Positions 15,783-24,659 of a DNA stretch of 56,914 nucleotides are shown here, in pieces (the first letter of the stretch is position 1; each line of letters opens with the position of its first letter). Source of the stretch: a bacterium (GTDB taxonomy: Bacteria > Patescibacteriota > Minisyncoccia > 2-02-FULL-40-12 > IGHO2-12-FULL-4). A program made the translations under genes and the position numbers. The stretch lies in assembly GCA_030647955.1 (NCBI GenBank), contig JAUSIQ010000030.1, positions 1 to 56,914 of the forward strand. Reading direction: 5' to 3'. Under the pieces are notes generated by a model that did no database searches, was not told where the DNA came from, and worked only from the letters and a program-made list of their open reading frames with translations.

Positions 15783-15791
15783 ATCATAACA
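15783..15791 (-). promoter_or_regulatory. Extended -10 box (TGTTATGAT) 8 nt upstream of the proS ATG
   Basis: Reverse complement of atcataaca. No SD follows. It lies directly after the terminator of the upstream small gene. Confidence 0.45.
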
Positions 15792-15804
15792 GATTTACCC
15801 CCAA

Positions 15805-15833
15805 TAAAAAAGACCCTAGGGGGGATCTTTTTT
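15805..15833 (-). terminator. Intrinsic terminator after the 73-aa ORF
   Basis: Bulged 6-bp hairpin (AGACCC..GGGaTCT) flanked by an A-run and a T-run. Confidence 0.45.
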
Positions 15834-15837
15834 AAAT

Positions 15838-16059
15838 CTATTGGGAAGCTTCTATTTTCTTGGCTAGTGCGTCCGCAATCTGACGGTCCTGCACTTCTTT
15901 CTCTTTAGCTTGAATTTGCTCCCGACTTAATCCTTCTGCTTCCATCTTGGCAATTTCTTCTTGAGAAAAATGAAAGTTAGGGGTTTCACCTGGAGCTAAT
16001 TCTATCGGCCTTTCAGATTTTTTTGGTTCTTTCTTAAAAAACCTCATCCAATTTTCCAT
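15838..16059 (-). CDS. Small charged hypothetical protein (73 aa)
   Basis: ORF with its own terminator. Lys/Glu-rich and helical in character. No motif recognised. Confidence 0.4.
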   Translation of the reverse strand: MENWMRFFKKEPKKSERPIELAPGETPNFHFSQEEIAKMEAEGLSREQIQAKEKEVQDRQIADALAKKIEASQ

Positions 16060-16113
16060 AATATTTTTTCTAAATTTATTTAGGTCATTCGACCTGAATA
16101 TAATTATAACTAA

Positions 16114-17196
16114 TTAAAGAAATTTTAGAATATCCTTGGTAGTCACATAGATCATGAGCAAAATCAAAAGCGAGAAACCGATACTATTGGCCAAAGCCTC
16201 GGCTTTTTTGGGCATGGGTGAACCTTTGATTTTCTCAATAATAAGGAAAAGTAACCTTCCTCCGTCCAAAGCCGGAAAGGGCATAATATTAAGAACCGCC
16301 AAGTTAATAGAAAGTAAAGCCATTAACTGAAGAAGATAGATAAAACCAATCCTTGCCGCCTGGCCCGTAAATTTCGCAATACCGATGGGACCGGAAAGCT
16401 CTGCTCCAGCTGAACCGGTCGTAAAGGCATTTTTAATCACCTGTCCATAACCGATGAACGTATTGGCCGTTAAGATAACGGTTTGCTTCGCTCCTTGCCA
16501 AATAGATTCATACCAAGAATATTTGACCACTCCAGTTAAAGCCATCGAAATACCCACCGCTCCCTCTCCGGGTGGAGGATCGGTGCGCGGGACAATCTCT
16601 TTTTCAATAACTTCACTTCCCCTCTTAATTTTAAAAACGATGGGCTTACCTTTGTTCTGACCAATAACATTCTGTACCTCCTTTACACTTGTGATATTAA
16701 TTTCTTTGCCGTCCACTCGAAAGCCAACGACCTCATCCAGCATTTCTAATTCTGCCTGTGCGGCCGGGCTATCAGAAACCACCTGGATAATCTGCACGCG
16801 CAAATCTTGGACATGACCATCACTTGGTTGATCCGCAAAACCCACTCGCAAGCCCCACATGTTACCGATACTTAACAAAACGAAAGCGAGCAAGACATTC
16901 ATCACCACTCCAGCCACAATGACCTTCGCTCTAGCCGCCGTACTCTTGGAAGAAAAACTGCGATTACTATCTTTCTCTCCCCCATCCTCTCCAAAGATTT
17001 TTACAAAGCCCCCAAAAGGAATAAGGTTAATGGAATAAATCGTCTCTCCTCTTTTAATTCCAAACAATCGTGGAGGAAAACCGAAACCAAATTCTTCCAC
17101 TTTCATTCCCGCTCTTTTAGCCATGACAAAGTGGCCCAACTCGTGCACTAACACTAAAACTCCTAAGATGATGATAAAGATTAAAGCCGTAAACAT
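16114..17196 (-). CDS. rseP: RIP metalloprotease RseP (site-2 protease, M50 family, PDZ domain)
   Basis: HELGHF zinc motif in TM1, a central PDZ-like region and the C-terminal LNIMPFPALDGG motif. Confidence 0.9.
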   Translation of the reverse strand: MFTALIFIIILGVLVLVHELGHFVMAKRAGMKVEEFGFGFPPRLFGIKRGETIYSINLIPFGGFVKIFGEDGGEKDSNRSFSSKSTAARAKVIVAGVVMNVLLAFVLLSIGNMWGLRVGFADQPSDGHVQDLRVQIIQVVSDSPAAQAELEMLDEVVGFRVDGKEINITSVKEVQNVIGQNKGKPIVFKIKRGSEVIEKEIVPRTDPPPGEGAVGISMALTGVVKYSWYESIWQGAKQTVILTANTFIGYGQVIKNAFTTGSAGAELSGPIGIAKFTGQAARIGFIYLLQLMALLSINLAVLNIMPFPALDGGRLLFLIIEKIKGSPMPKKAEALANSIGFSLLILLMIYVTTKDILKFL

Positions 17197-17252
17197 CTTT
17201 CTACAATACCAGGAAATAACGAAACAAAAAAGGGCTTTCGCCCTTCTTTGAA

Positions 17253-17798
17253 TTAGCTCAAGAGTTCCTGCTCTTTCTTCTTTTCGAGATCTTCAATCTT
17301 TTTATTGTACTCATCAACGATTTTTTGGAGATCATCTTTGGCTTTGAATTTTTCGCTTTCTCGCACCGTTCCCGTTTTTTCCTGTTCTTGAATATCATCC
17401 CAAATTTCTCCGCGTACTCGTCGAATAGCAATATGCGCCTCCTCCGCTTTTTGGCTTAATAGCTTAATAAATTCTTTACGCCGCTCTTCGTTCAAAGCCG
17501 GCATCATCAAACGAATCCCTTGTGCATCCGAAACCGGATTAAGACCCAGGTTGCTAGACTTAATTGCTTTTAAAATAGAGTCAAGAGCACTTTTGTCCCA
17601 AGGCTGGATTAAGATCGTGCGCGGTTCGGGAATTGAAATACTGGCCAGCTCTTTAAGCTGGTATTTTCCGCCATAATGTTCGACGGACAATTCGTCGACT
17701 AAAGAACTCGCTGCGCGTCCGGTGCGAATCCCGGCAGATTCGGCCTTGAAATGCTCAACGACCTTCTCAAAATCCGGTTTGTGTGCATTTATATTCAT
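17253..17798 (-). CDS. frr: Ribosome recycling factor
   Basis: 181 aa, with the typical frr pattern (IRTGRAS..LL, ISIPEPRTILIQPWD, LNEERRKE). Confidence 0.93.
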   Translation of the reverse strand: MNINAHKPDFEKVVEHFKAESAGIRTGRAASSLVDELSVEHYGGKYQLKELASISIPEPRTILIQPWDKSALDSILKAIKSSNLGLNPVSDAQGIRLMMPALNEERRKEFIKLLSQKAEEAHIAIRRVRGEIWDDIQEQEKTGTVRESEKFKAKDDLQKIVDEYNKKIEDLEKKKEQELLS

Positions 17799-17803
17799 AA
17801 ATA

Positions 17804-17890
17804 GTTCTTCAAGTTTATCAAGTTATAAAGTTCATAAAGCAAGATCTTTTTTAATTTCTTTACTTTATAACATTACGAACCTGATGAACT
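17804..17890. repeat. AT-rich palindromic intergenic repeat, copy 3
   Basis: TTCTTCAAGTTTATCAAGTTATAAAGTTCATAAAG / ACTTTATAACATTACGAACCTGATGAACTTTATAAACTT. It fills the holB-frr gap. Confidence 0.8.
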
Positions 17891-18742
17891 TTATAAACTT
17901 AGCATTAGGTTCTCAAAGGCTAAACGATGATTATACTGCGGCTTTACTAGAATATTATCAATTTCTAGCATTTTACGCAACAGGGCCGACCGATTGATCT
18001 TTAATGACTTTGAGAAATCGGACCGAAGGTAAAACATCCAATTTAAAAGGAGGGCTCGGGGCTTCGCTTCTGTTTTGGGCGCAAAAACTTTTTCCGCAAA
18101 GGCTAGACGTGTGTAATAATTGCCCTCGACTAACGCATTGAACTGCTCCAAGTTTTTTCTAATATCTTTAAAAGAATTAGCCTGTTGTAAACGGTAGGCC
18201 AAACCTAAGCGGCCATTAGCAAAATCTGCTAAAAATTCTGCCTGCTTTGAATTTAAATCCATCTTGGCCAAATAGCTAATGAGTTGCTCCCGAGAGTGAG
18301 GAGAAAATTTAATTTCCATCGCCCGAGAGAAAATGGTGGCCAATACTGCTCGCGCGCTAGAAGTGACGAGAAGAATTAGTGCGCTGACCGGTGGCTCTTC
18401 TAAAACTTTTAGTAACGCATTACCCGCCTCCACGCCCAGGCGCTCTGCTTCATCAATAAGCACTACTCGAAAGCGTCCCGCATATGGTCGCAAACTCAAA
18501 AAGTTTTTTACTTTACGCACCTCTTCAATTCCCAAACCGCTTTCCGAATTCATCATCAAAAGATCCGGATCATTACTCTGTTCTCCAGGAAAATTATTAA
18601 CCTTCCGTGCCAATTCCAAGGCAAAGGTTTTTTTCCCGATCATTTCTTGACCGCTGAATAAATAAGCGTGACTAAGTGAGTTTTCAGCTAAAGCCTGCTC
18701 AAAATATTTTTTATTCTTCTCAAATCCAAGTGTCTTCCACAT
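17891..18742 (-). CDS. holB: DNA polymerase III delta' subunit (clamp-loader AAA+ like)
   Basis: LSHAYLFSGQEMIGKKTFA (degenerate P-loop), VVLIDEAERL, and an SARA-type sensor (TSSARAVLATI). Confidence 0.7.
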   Translation of the reverse strand: MWKTLGFEKNKKYFEQALAENSLSHAYLFSGQEMIGKKTFALELARKVNNFPGEQSNDPDLLMMNSESGLGIEEVRKVKNFLSLRPYAGRFRVVLIDEAERLGVEAGNALLKVLEEPPVSALILLVTSSARAVLATIFSRAMEIKFSPHSREQLISYLAKMDLNSKQAEFLADFANGRLGLAYRLQQANSFKDIRKNLEQFNALVEGNYYTRLAFAEKVFAPKTEAKPRALLLNWMFYLRSDFSKSLKINRSALLRKMLEIDNILVKPQYNHRLAFENLMLSL

Positions 18743-18791
18743 GAAATCATCTTAACTCCGTTTCGGATAATTTAAAAGGCACCATAGGTGC

Positions 18792-20735
18792 CTAAAGAAC
18801 AATACCCTGATACGCCGCTAGTTGTCGAAAATTGGGAGTATTATCTGCCAACTCCTCAAAACTGGAAGCGACAGCAATCACCTCTCCACCATGTCCATTA
18901 GTGGGATGAATCATAACAAATTTATCGCACAGATTGCGAACAGTAGCTAGACGGTGAGTTACAATCAGAGCGCCCACGTCCCGACCTAAAACCATCTCGA
19001 GACCGCGCTGAACCAGATGCTCCGTTTCCCCGTCTAAAGAACTGGTGGCTTCGTCAATGATCATAAAGCGAGGATTTTTCATCACCGCCGCCACAATCAT
19101 TAATCGCTGCTTCTGTCCCCCGGAGAGATCAATGCCATAATGACCTAACTGAGTATCAAGTCCTTCGTCTAGCCTGGCCTCCAAATCCAATTGTAGAGCC
19201 CTGACCACCTCCCACAATTCCGCATCCGTAACCCGGCATGCTTCGGCGTGAGGCAGGCCATAAAGAAGATTATCCCGAAGACTACCACTAAACACCTGGG
19301 CTTCCTGCGGGATATAACCAGTTTTTCTCATCCAAGATTCGTAATTAATTTGCCGGAGATCCGTACCGTCAATGGTAATATTTCCAGACGTGGGATCCAT
19401 AAAACGTAACAACAACTGCATGGCAGTAGTCTTGCCCGATCCACTTCGACCGATTAAGGCTACTTTTTCTTTCGCTTCGATCATGAAGGAGACCTGGTGC
19501 AAAACTGGAGGACCCACCGATCCTTCCTTTTTCTTGCGCGGATAGCTGAAGCCGACGTTAGTAAAAACTACTTTACAATCGACAGCAGGACCCAGTTCTA
19601 TGGGATTTGGAACCGTTGGCAAAGGTTTGGGCTTCGTTAAAGCCTGCCTTAATTTTATCACCGAAGGAGACCAATAATTAATTTGATGCTCGATATCGGA
19701 TATCCTACTCAAGCTATCTATCAACTTGAAGGTGTAATTCAGAATCGGATAAAATGCTCCGATAGTTAGAATTAACCTCACGGCCTGTAAAGCTCCGTAG
19801 ACGATAATTCCAACCAAGAACAAAATATTAATCGCGGACCGGAAAAATAGTTGCCAGATAAACCAGATCCAAAATCCTAAATCCAGTTTGATAGTTCGTT
19901 TGTAATAGTCATTGATCGCCTCAATTTCTTCTCTGACTTTGCCGCTAGTCACCACTCGTTGAACATTTCTCCATCTTTCCGATTGATAGCGGGTCAGAAA
20001 ACTCCAACACTTATCCAGCGGTAGACAGACGACCATGACCCGGTTATATAGGTACAAAGACCAAATCACAAAGATGGTCAACATGGCTGTAATAATTCCG
20101 CCCAGCACCCAGCTTTTGATTGACCAGCTAATATACCATACTGCCCCGTAAGCCAGCACCGTGTTCAGAATCGTTTCAATACCATCGAACAAAAGTAATT
20201 TTTGTTGAGCCTCTACTCGTTCGTACCCCTTCTTAATCGAAGGTTCGTTCAGTAATCGATTCTCGACAATATGCTCCCCTAATGCTTTGGAAAAAAACAG
20301 CACGTTTGTTCTATTTCTAAGAGAAAGACTATTCTCATCCATAAGATATTCTCGGGTAATTCTTTTGATCGCTTGTAAAAATTCGGAAATAATCCACAAA
20401 ACACCGCACTGGATAATGCCCATCTTGATGGTGCTATTGAAACCATTGTGCAGGTTTTGGCTTTGCGATATGCCATCAATAACAGTTCTGATGGACATCG
20501 GAACGATAACACCAATTACACAAACCATCACGGTCGGAATCAACATCCACAACAACAAACGCTTGCTTCTAAAATTGATCAGTTCTTTCCAGATCCACCC
20601 AAACATTCCTTTTAGTCTCTTAATATTTTCCCAGTGATCACGAAAGCTTTTCGCTTCTGGACGATCTAATTCCGGATCTTTTTCTAAGACCGGATCAAAT
20701 TCGATCATTTTTCTTTGTTTTTGAGCAATTTTCAA
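18792..20735 (-). CDS. ABC exporter, fused permease/ATPase (MsbA/type 1 exporter-like)
   Basis: Six-TM N-domain, Walker A GRSGSGKTT, signature LSGGQKQR, Walker B MIIDEATSSLD. The TTG start is preceded by a strong SD (TAGGAGGGttca). Confidence 0.88.
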   Translation of the reverse strand: MKIAQKQRKMIEFDPVLEKDPELDRPEAKSFRDHWENIKRLKGMFGWIWKELINFRSKRLLLWMLIPTVMVCVIGVIVPMSIRTVIDGISQSQNLHNGFNSTIKMGIIQCGVLWIISEFLQAIKRITREYLMDENSLSLRNRTNVLFFSKALGEHIVENRLLNEPSIKKGYERVEAQQKLLLFDGIETILNTVLAYGAVWYISWSIKSWVLGGIITAMLTIFVIWSLYLYNRVMVVCLPLDKCWSFLTRYQSERWRNVQRVVTSGKVREEIEAINDYYKRTIKLDLGFWIWFIWQLFFRSAINILFLVGIIVYGALQAVRLILTIGAFYPILNYTFKLIDSLSRISDIEHQINYWSPSVIKLRQALTKPKPLPTVPNPIELGPAVDCKVVFTNVGFSYPRKKKEGSVGPPVLHQVSFMIEAKEKVALIGRSGSGKTTAMQLLLRFMDPTSGNITIDGTDLRQINYESWMRKTGYIPQEAQVFSGSLRDNLLYGLPHAEACRVTDAELWEVVRALQLDLEARLDEGLDTQLGHYGIDLSGGQKQRLMIVAAVMKNPRFMIIDEATSSLDGETEHLVQRGLEMVLGRDVGALIVTHRLATVRNLCDKFVMIHPTNGHGGEVIAVASSFEELADNTPNFRQLAAYQGIVL

Positions 20736-20794
20736 TGAACCCTCCTATATATCAATAGGGAATCTATAGAGCATACTACACGAAACTAATTATG

Positions 20795-21871
20795 TCAATA
20801 CAACTTCTCAATTCTTAAACCGATGAGACGAATAAGTTTCTTTTGCGGATTCTCGCGCTTGTCTAAGAAGGGTAAAAAGAGTTTCAATGCTTCGCGCTTT
20901 AAAGTGACCGGATCTTTTCCAAGAAAATCGATAGTTCGCGAGCGAGTCTTCGTTTGAAAATCCGAAAAGCGTATTGTAATAGTGACCGTCCGAAAAGATT
21001 TAAATTCGCTGTCCTGCATGCTTTTAATAATCCTCGTAGCCATGGCGTTTATACTTTCCATAATAATCATCGAATCAAGGGTGTCTTCCTCATAAGTCTC
21101 CTGCTCCCCGATCGACTTAACTTCGTGATCTTCCGTGACTGGCGCATCGCTTATCCCCTGCGCCTTGTAATACAAATCCCTCCCCCACTTTCCCAACATT
21201 TCTCCCAGTTCTTCTTCGCTCATTTTCTGCAGATCACTAATTACTTTGATATTTTTACTGTTGAGTAAGATCTCGGTCTTTGGTCCAATCCCCGGAATCT
21301 CTCGAATGGATAGCGGCGATAAAAAATCTTTGACCTCTTTGGTTTTGATAATAGTTAGCCCATCCGGCTTATTTTTCCCCGAAGCCATTTTGGCGATCAG
21401 CTTATTGGGCCCAATGCCCACCGAAGCCGTTAACCGCTCCTCGCTCTTAATTTGTTCTTTGACGCGCCTAGCCCAATCTTCCGCTTTTTTGAAAGTACCA
21501 AGAAAACTTAAATCCAAATACGCTTCATCGATACTAGCCTCCTCCACCAATTCCACTTCCTTACGCAATAAAGTCATAATTTTCTCGGAGATATCGGCGT
21601 AGTGACCCATATTAACCGGTAAAAAAATAACGGGCGGGAGCCCCTGGGCTTTTGCTTTTTCAGAAAGGCGCCAGGCCACAGAGATAGGCGTGGCCGAATG
21701 GATACCATATTTTCTGGCCAAATAATTAGCGGTAGAAACCACTCCTCGTCCCTTTCCTTCTTTTGGATCAGCGCCCACAGCTAAAGGCTTACCGCGAAAT
21801 TGTGGGTTCTCTCTTCCTTCTACAGAGGCAAAGAAAGCGTCCATGTCCAAATGAGCAATAATTCGAAGCAT
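20795..21871 (-). CDS. dinB: DNA polymerase IV (Y-family)
   Basis: IAHLDMDAFFASVE catalytic motif, SIDEAYLD, HhH (GIGPKT). Confidence 0.92.
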   Translation of the reverse strand: MLRIIAHLDMDAFFASVEGRENPQFRGKPLAVGADPKEGKGRGVVSTANYLARKYGIHSATPISVAWRLSEKAKAQGLPPVIFLPVNMGHYADISEKIMTLLRKEVELVEEASIDEAYLDLSFLGTFKKAEDWARRVKEQIKSEERLTASVGIGPNKLIAKMASGKNKPDGLTIIKTKEVKDFLSPLSIREIPGIGPKTEILLNSKNIKVISDLQKMSEEELGEMLGKWGRDLYYKAQGISDAPVTEDHEVKSIGEQETYEEDTLDSMIIMESINAMATRIIKSMQDSEFKSFRTVTITIRFSDFQTKTRSRTIDFLGKDPVTLKREALKLFLPFLDKRENPQKKLIRLIGLRIEKLY

Positions 21872-21924
21872 AATTGATATTAGTATTTAGTATACGGTAT
21901 TTTGTATGAAGAATAACGAAAAGC

Positions 21925-21981
21925 ACAAAGTTTATTTTTGCAGTCGCGGCGACTAGTCCGCAGCGCAAAAATAGACTTTGT
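21925..21981 (-). terminator. Long hairpin downstream of murG
   Basis: 17-nt arms ACAAAGTTTATTTTTGC / GCAAAAATAGACTTTGT (16/17 complementary) around a GC core. On the minus strand it is followed by GCUUUUCG. Confidence 0.45.
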
Positions 21982-21998
21982 ACTTGCAGTCAATAAAA

Positions 21999-23186
21999 TT
22001 AAATTCCGCGTAAAATTTCTTCAGCGATTTCTTTGGCCGCATTAGGCCTAGAGAACCCTTTAACAGCCTGGCCCAACTCTTCCTTTCTTTCTAGGGCGAC
22101 GCGAATCTGATCCACAAAAACACTCGTCACGAGATTATCTTCTTCAATCATAATGCCGCCATGTTTGGAGAATTCTAGAGCATTGTAGTACTGATGGTCA
22201 GAGGCGGAGTTTTTAAGAGGAATAACTACCCCCGGCTTACCCAGAGCAGCAATCTCAAACAATGAACCAGATCCGGATCGAGCGACAATCACATCTGATA
22301 GGGCATAAGCCAAAGAAAGCTCTCGGTCACTAAAAAAAGGATAAACTCGATAACGAGCCGCAATTTGATCCCCATACTTTCCTTGTCCTTCCTTTATCAA
22401 CTGTTCAACAGTAGCATTGACTTGGGCAAAATTATCTTTCCCGCACTGATGAATAACTTGAAAGTTGCTAGTAAGCTGAACAATGGATTGTAAGACAATG
22501 TCATTAATATTTTTAGCCCCCTGACTTCCTCCCGAAATTAAAACCGTGGGTAACGCTGGTGAAAATTTAAAAAACACTAAAGCCTCGTCTCTATTGCTAT
22601 TGAGAATCCCTTCTCTTACCGGATTGCCAGACAAGATCACTTTTTTGGCCGGAAAATATTGCGCCGCAGACTCAAAGGAAATAAAAATCTTTTTCGCCCA
22701 ACGCGACATAACTCGACTGGCTACTCCGGGAACAGCATCGGAATCATGTAAATAGATGGGAATGAAAAACATTTTTGCCCATAATACCGGAAAGAAAGAG
22801 GCGTAGCCGCTTTTAGTAAAAACCGCGTCGGGCATGATCCAGAAAAGGTGCCACATCGACTGAAAGAAACTCACTGGCATCTTGAGGAAATCGATGATAC
22901 TTCTAAATGAGAAGTAGCGACGTAATTTCCCGGCAATAATCGAGTGATACTTAAAGCCAATGGTTTGAGCCGCTTCTCGTTGGGCAGCCTCTTTAAAAAA
23001 ATGCCCTTCGCCTAACATCACCAACTCCACATCCTGCGCCCGCTCTAAAATGGCCTCCCGTAAGGCTCGGCCGACAGCTACCAGAGGGAAGACGTGCCCC
23101 CCTGATCCACCCCCGATAAGTAGAATTCGATAAGCCAAAGAGTTTATAAAGTTATAAAGTGTTTTATACTTTAAAAACTTGATCAA
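21999..23186 (-). CDS. murG: Undecaprenyldiphospho-muramoylpentapeptide beta-N-acetylglucosaminyltransferase MurG
   Basis: N-terminal G-loop LIGGGSGGHVFP and a GT28 C-domain. The first about 16 codons of the tracked ORF translate repeat copy 4. The real start is probably TTG 23138 (M-AYRILLIGGG). Confidence 0.85.
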   Translation of the reverse strand: MIKFLKYKTLYNFINSLAYRILLIGGGSGGHVFPLVAVGRALREAILERAQDVELVMLGEGHFFKEAAQREAAQTIGFKYHSIIAGKLRRYFSFRSIIDFLKMPVSFFQSMWHLFWIMPDAVFTKSGYASFFPVLWAKMFFIPIYLHDSDAVPGVASRVMSRWAKKIFISFESAAQYFPAKKVILSGNPVREGILNSNRDEALVFFKFSPALPTVLISGGSQGAKNINDIVLQSIVQLTSNFQVIHQCGKDNFAQVNATVEQLIKEGQGKYGDQIAARYRVYPFFSDRELSLAYALSDVIVARSGSGSLFEIAALGKPGVVIPLKNSASDHQYYNALEFSKHGGIMIEEDNLVTSVFVDQIRVALERKEELGQAVKGFSRPNAAKEIAEEILRGI

Positions 23187-23198
23187 CTTTAATAACTT
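23139..23198. repeat. AT-rich palindromic intergenic repeat, copy 4
   Basis: GTTTATAAAGTTATAAAGT / ACTTTAAAAACTTGATCAACTTTAATAACTTTCAACTTG. It lies between the ogt-like stop and murG. Confidence 0.7.
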
Positions 23199-23468
23199 TC
23201 AACTTGAAGAAAGAACTTGCACAAGTTCTTTCTTCAATAATTCTAACTTTTTTTTAGTCCCCAGTACATAGCCGCCGGCCTTCCCATCCGAACGCACCAC
23301 GCGATGACAAGGCACTGCTCCCAAAAAAGGATTTTTATTAAGTGCCGTTCCCACCGCGCGAAAAGCCTTTGGGCTTCCAATTAATTTAGCTACTTCTTTG
23401 TAAGTTAAGGTTTTTCCCTTCGGGATTCCTGAAACTACTTTATATACTTTCTCTTGAAATTTAGTCAT
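23199..23468 (-). CDS. ogt: Methylated-DNA-protein-cysteine methyltransferase, DNA-binding/active-site domain only (89 aa)
   Basis: VPCHRVV active-site motif and an HTH (TYKEVAKLIGSPKAFRAVG). There is no N-terminal domain. Confidence 0.85.
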   Translation of the reverse strand: MTKFQEKVYKVVSGIPKGKTLTYKEVAKLIGSPKAFRAVGTALNKNPFLGAVPCHRVVRSDGKAGGYVLGTKKKLELLKKELVQVLSSS

Positions 23469-23513
23469 ATATAGACTAGCATAACAACTAAATCATGAAA
23501 TGAGGCAGTTGCG

Positions 23514-23876
23514 ATGATCGAGAAGATCCCAGATAACGAGTTGAGGATTAGGGATGTACTGGAACTTTTAAAAAGCGTCTCGGGTACAGCTGATGAACCG
23601 ATCCAATGGTATATAGAGTTTGACTCTATTAGGGTCAGTGTTTCCAGGCCAAATATAAAGTTCTTTGGCCATCGTATCTTCTGTCCTGTGACCTTTGCCT
23701 GCTTTCTACAAACCGGGGAATTCTATCGGATAACCAATATCACGCTCGCCGGCCAAAGAATAAATCTATCCGAGATAAGAGTAAAAGCATTAGCCGTTGC
23801 CGCCGATAGCATCGAAGGTCGCCCTCGCCTCCGCCGTCGCCTCCTCAAAGCTGTCAGACTTAATGAGATGCAATAA
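23514..23876 (+). CDS. Hypothetical protein (120 aa), lone plus-strand gene
   Basis: ORF with GAGG 8 nt upstream of the ATG and a hairpin terminator directly after the stop. No motif recognised. Confidence 0.45.
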   Translation: MIEKIPDNELRIRDVLELLKSVSGTADEPIQWYIEFDSIRVSVSRPNIKFFGHRIFCPVTFACFLQTGEFYRITNITLAGQRINLSEIRVKALAVAADSIEGRPRLRRRLLKAVRLNEMQ

Positions 23877-23897
23877 ACCCCGCGACAAGCGGGTTTT
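23876..23897 (+). terminator. Intrinsic terminator (CCCGC-gacaa-GCGGG-T5)
   Basis: Hairpin plus T-run immediately after the stop at 23874-23876. Confidence 0.6.
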
Positions 23898-23948
23898 TCC
23901 TGCCCAAAAACTTAGGCATGTTTTTAATTAGGCAGAATTTGGAGAATT

Positions 23949-24608
23949 CTAATTGCGCTCTTCAATTTTCACTGGAGCCAAATTTTTGCGCTTCTCCAAT
24001 ATCGCTTCGAGACGGTTAGCTCTTTTGATTTGAGCCAGGGTTTTTGCTTCGTGATAAATCGGAATAAGAATCATTGTTCCGGCATATCCCAAAATGGCCA
24101 ACAGAACAAAAACCATTTCGAAACCAAAGCGCTCTGCCACAATTGAACCTAAATAAGCACTGAGCGCGGTAGCTGTCCCTACACCGATATCTTCCAAAGA
24201 CCATTCGTAACCGGTTTTACCTCGGTCCAAATGATCAGTAAATAAAATACGCCAAGCCGGAACGGCCATAGAGTTGGCCAGTCCGCCGATAAATTGAATT
24301 AAGTAAAGGTGCCAAGCTTGGTTAATGAAAAGATAAAATAATGGTATCGAAGAGAAGATAAAGGAACCAATCACCATGAAATAAAACTCGTCACGCTCCC
24401 CATCAGTTTTGTCCATGAACCGCGAAAGAGGTACGGTAGAAAGCGTCCTGGCTATCCAATAAAAAGCGGCAGAGAGACCGATGACTCGCAAAGAACTCCC
24501 TGGGATGGCTTTCAGAATGAAGATGGCAAAAATAGGAGCGATCATGCCCACCGAGAAGAAGAGCATGAAGTCAGACATAACTAGATGACGTATAACACGA
24601 TTAACCAT
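23949..24608 (-). CDS. Half-size (6-TM) MFS-like membrane protein
   Basis: Six hydrophobic segments with an MFS-like loop (SRFMDKTDGERDE). No partner half is adjacent. Confidence 0.5.
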   Translation of the reverse strand: MVNRVIRHLVMSDFMLFFSVGMIAPIFAIFILKAIPGSSLRVIGLSAAFYWIARTLSTVPLSRFMDKTDGERDEFYFMVIGSFIFSSIPLFYLFINQAWHLYLIQFIGGLANSMAVPAWRILFTDHLDRGKTGYEWSLEDIGVGTATALSAYLGSIVAERFGFEMVFVLLAILGYAGTMILIPIYHEAKTLAQIKRANRLEAILEKRKNLAPVKIEERN

Positions 24609-24659
24609 AGAAGTATTATACCACTATAACCAAAACCCCCGCCAGAGCGAGGGTATGAG

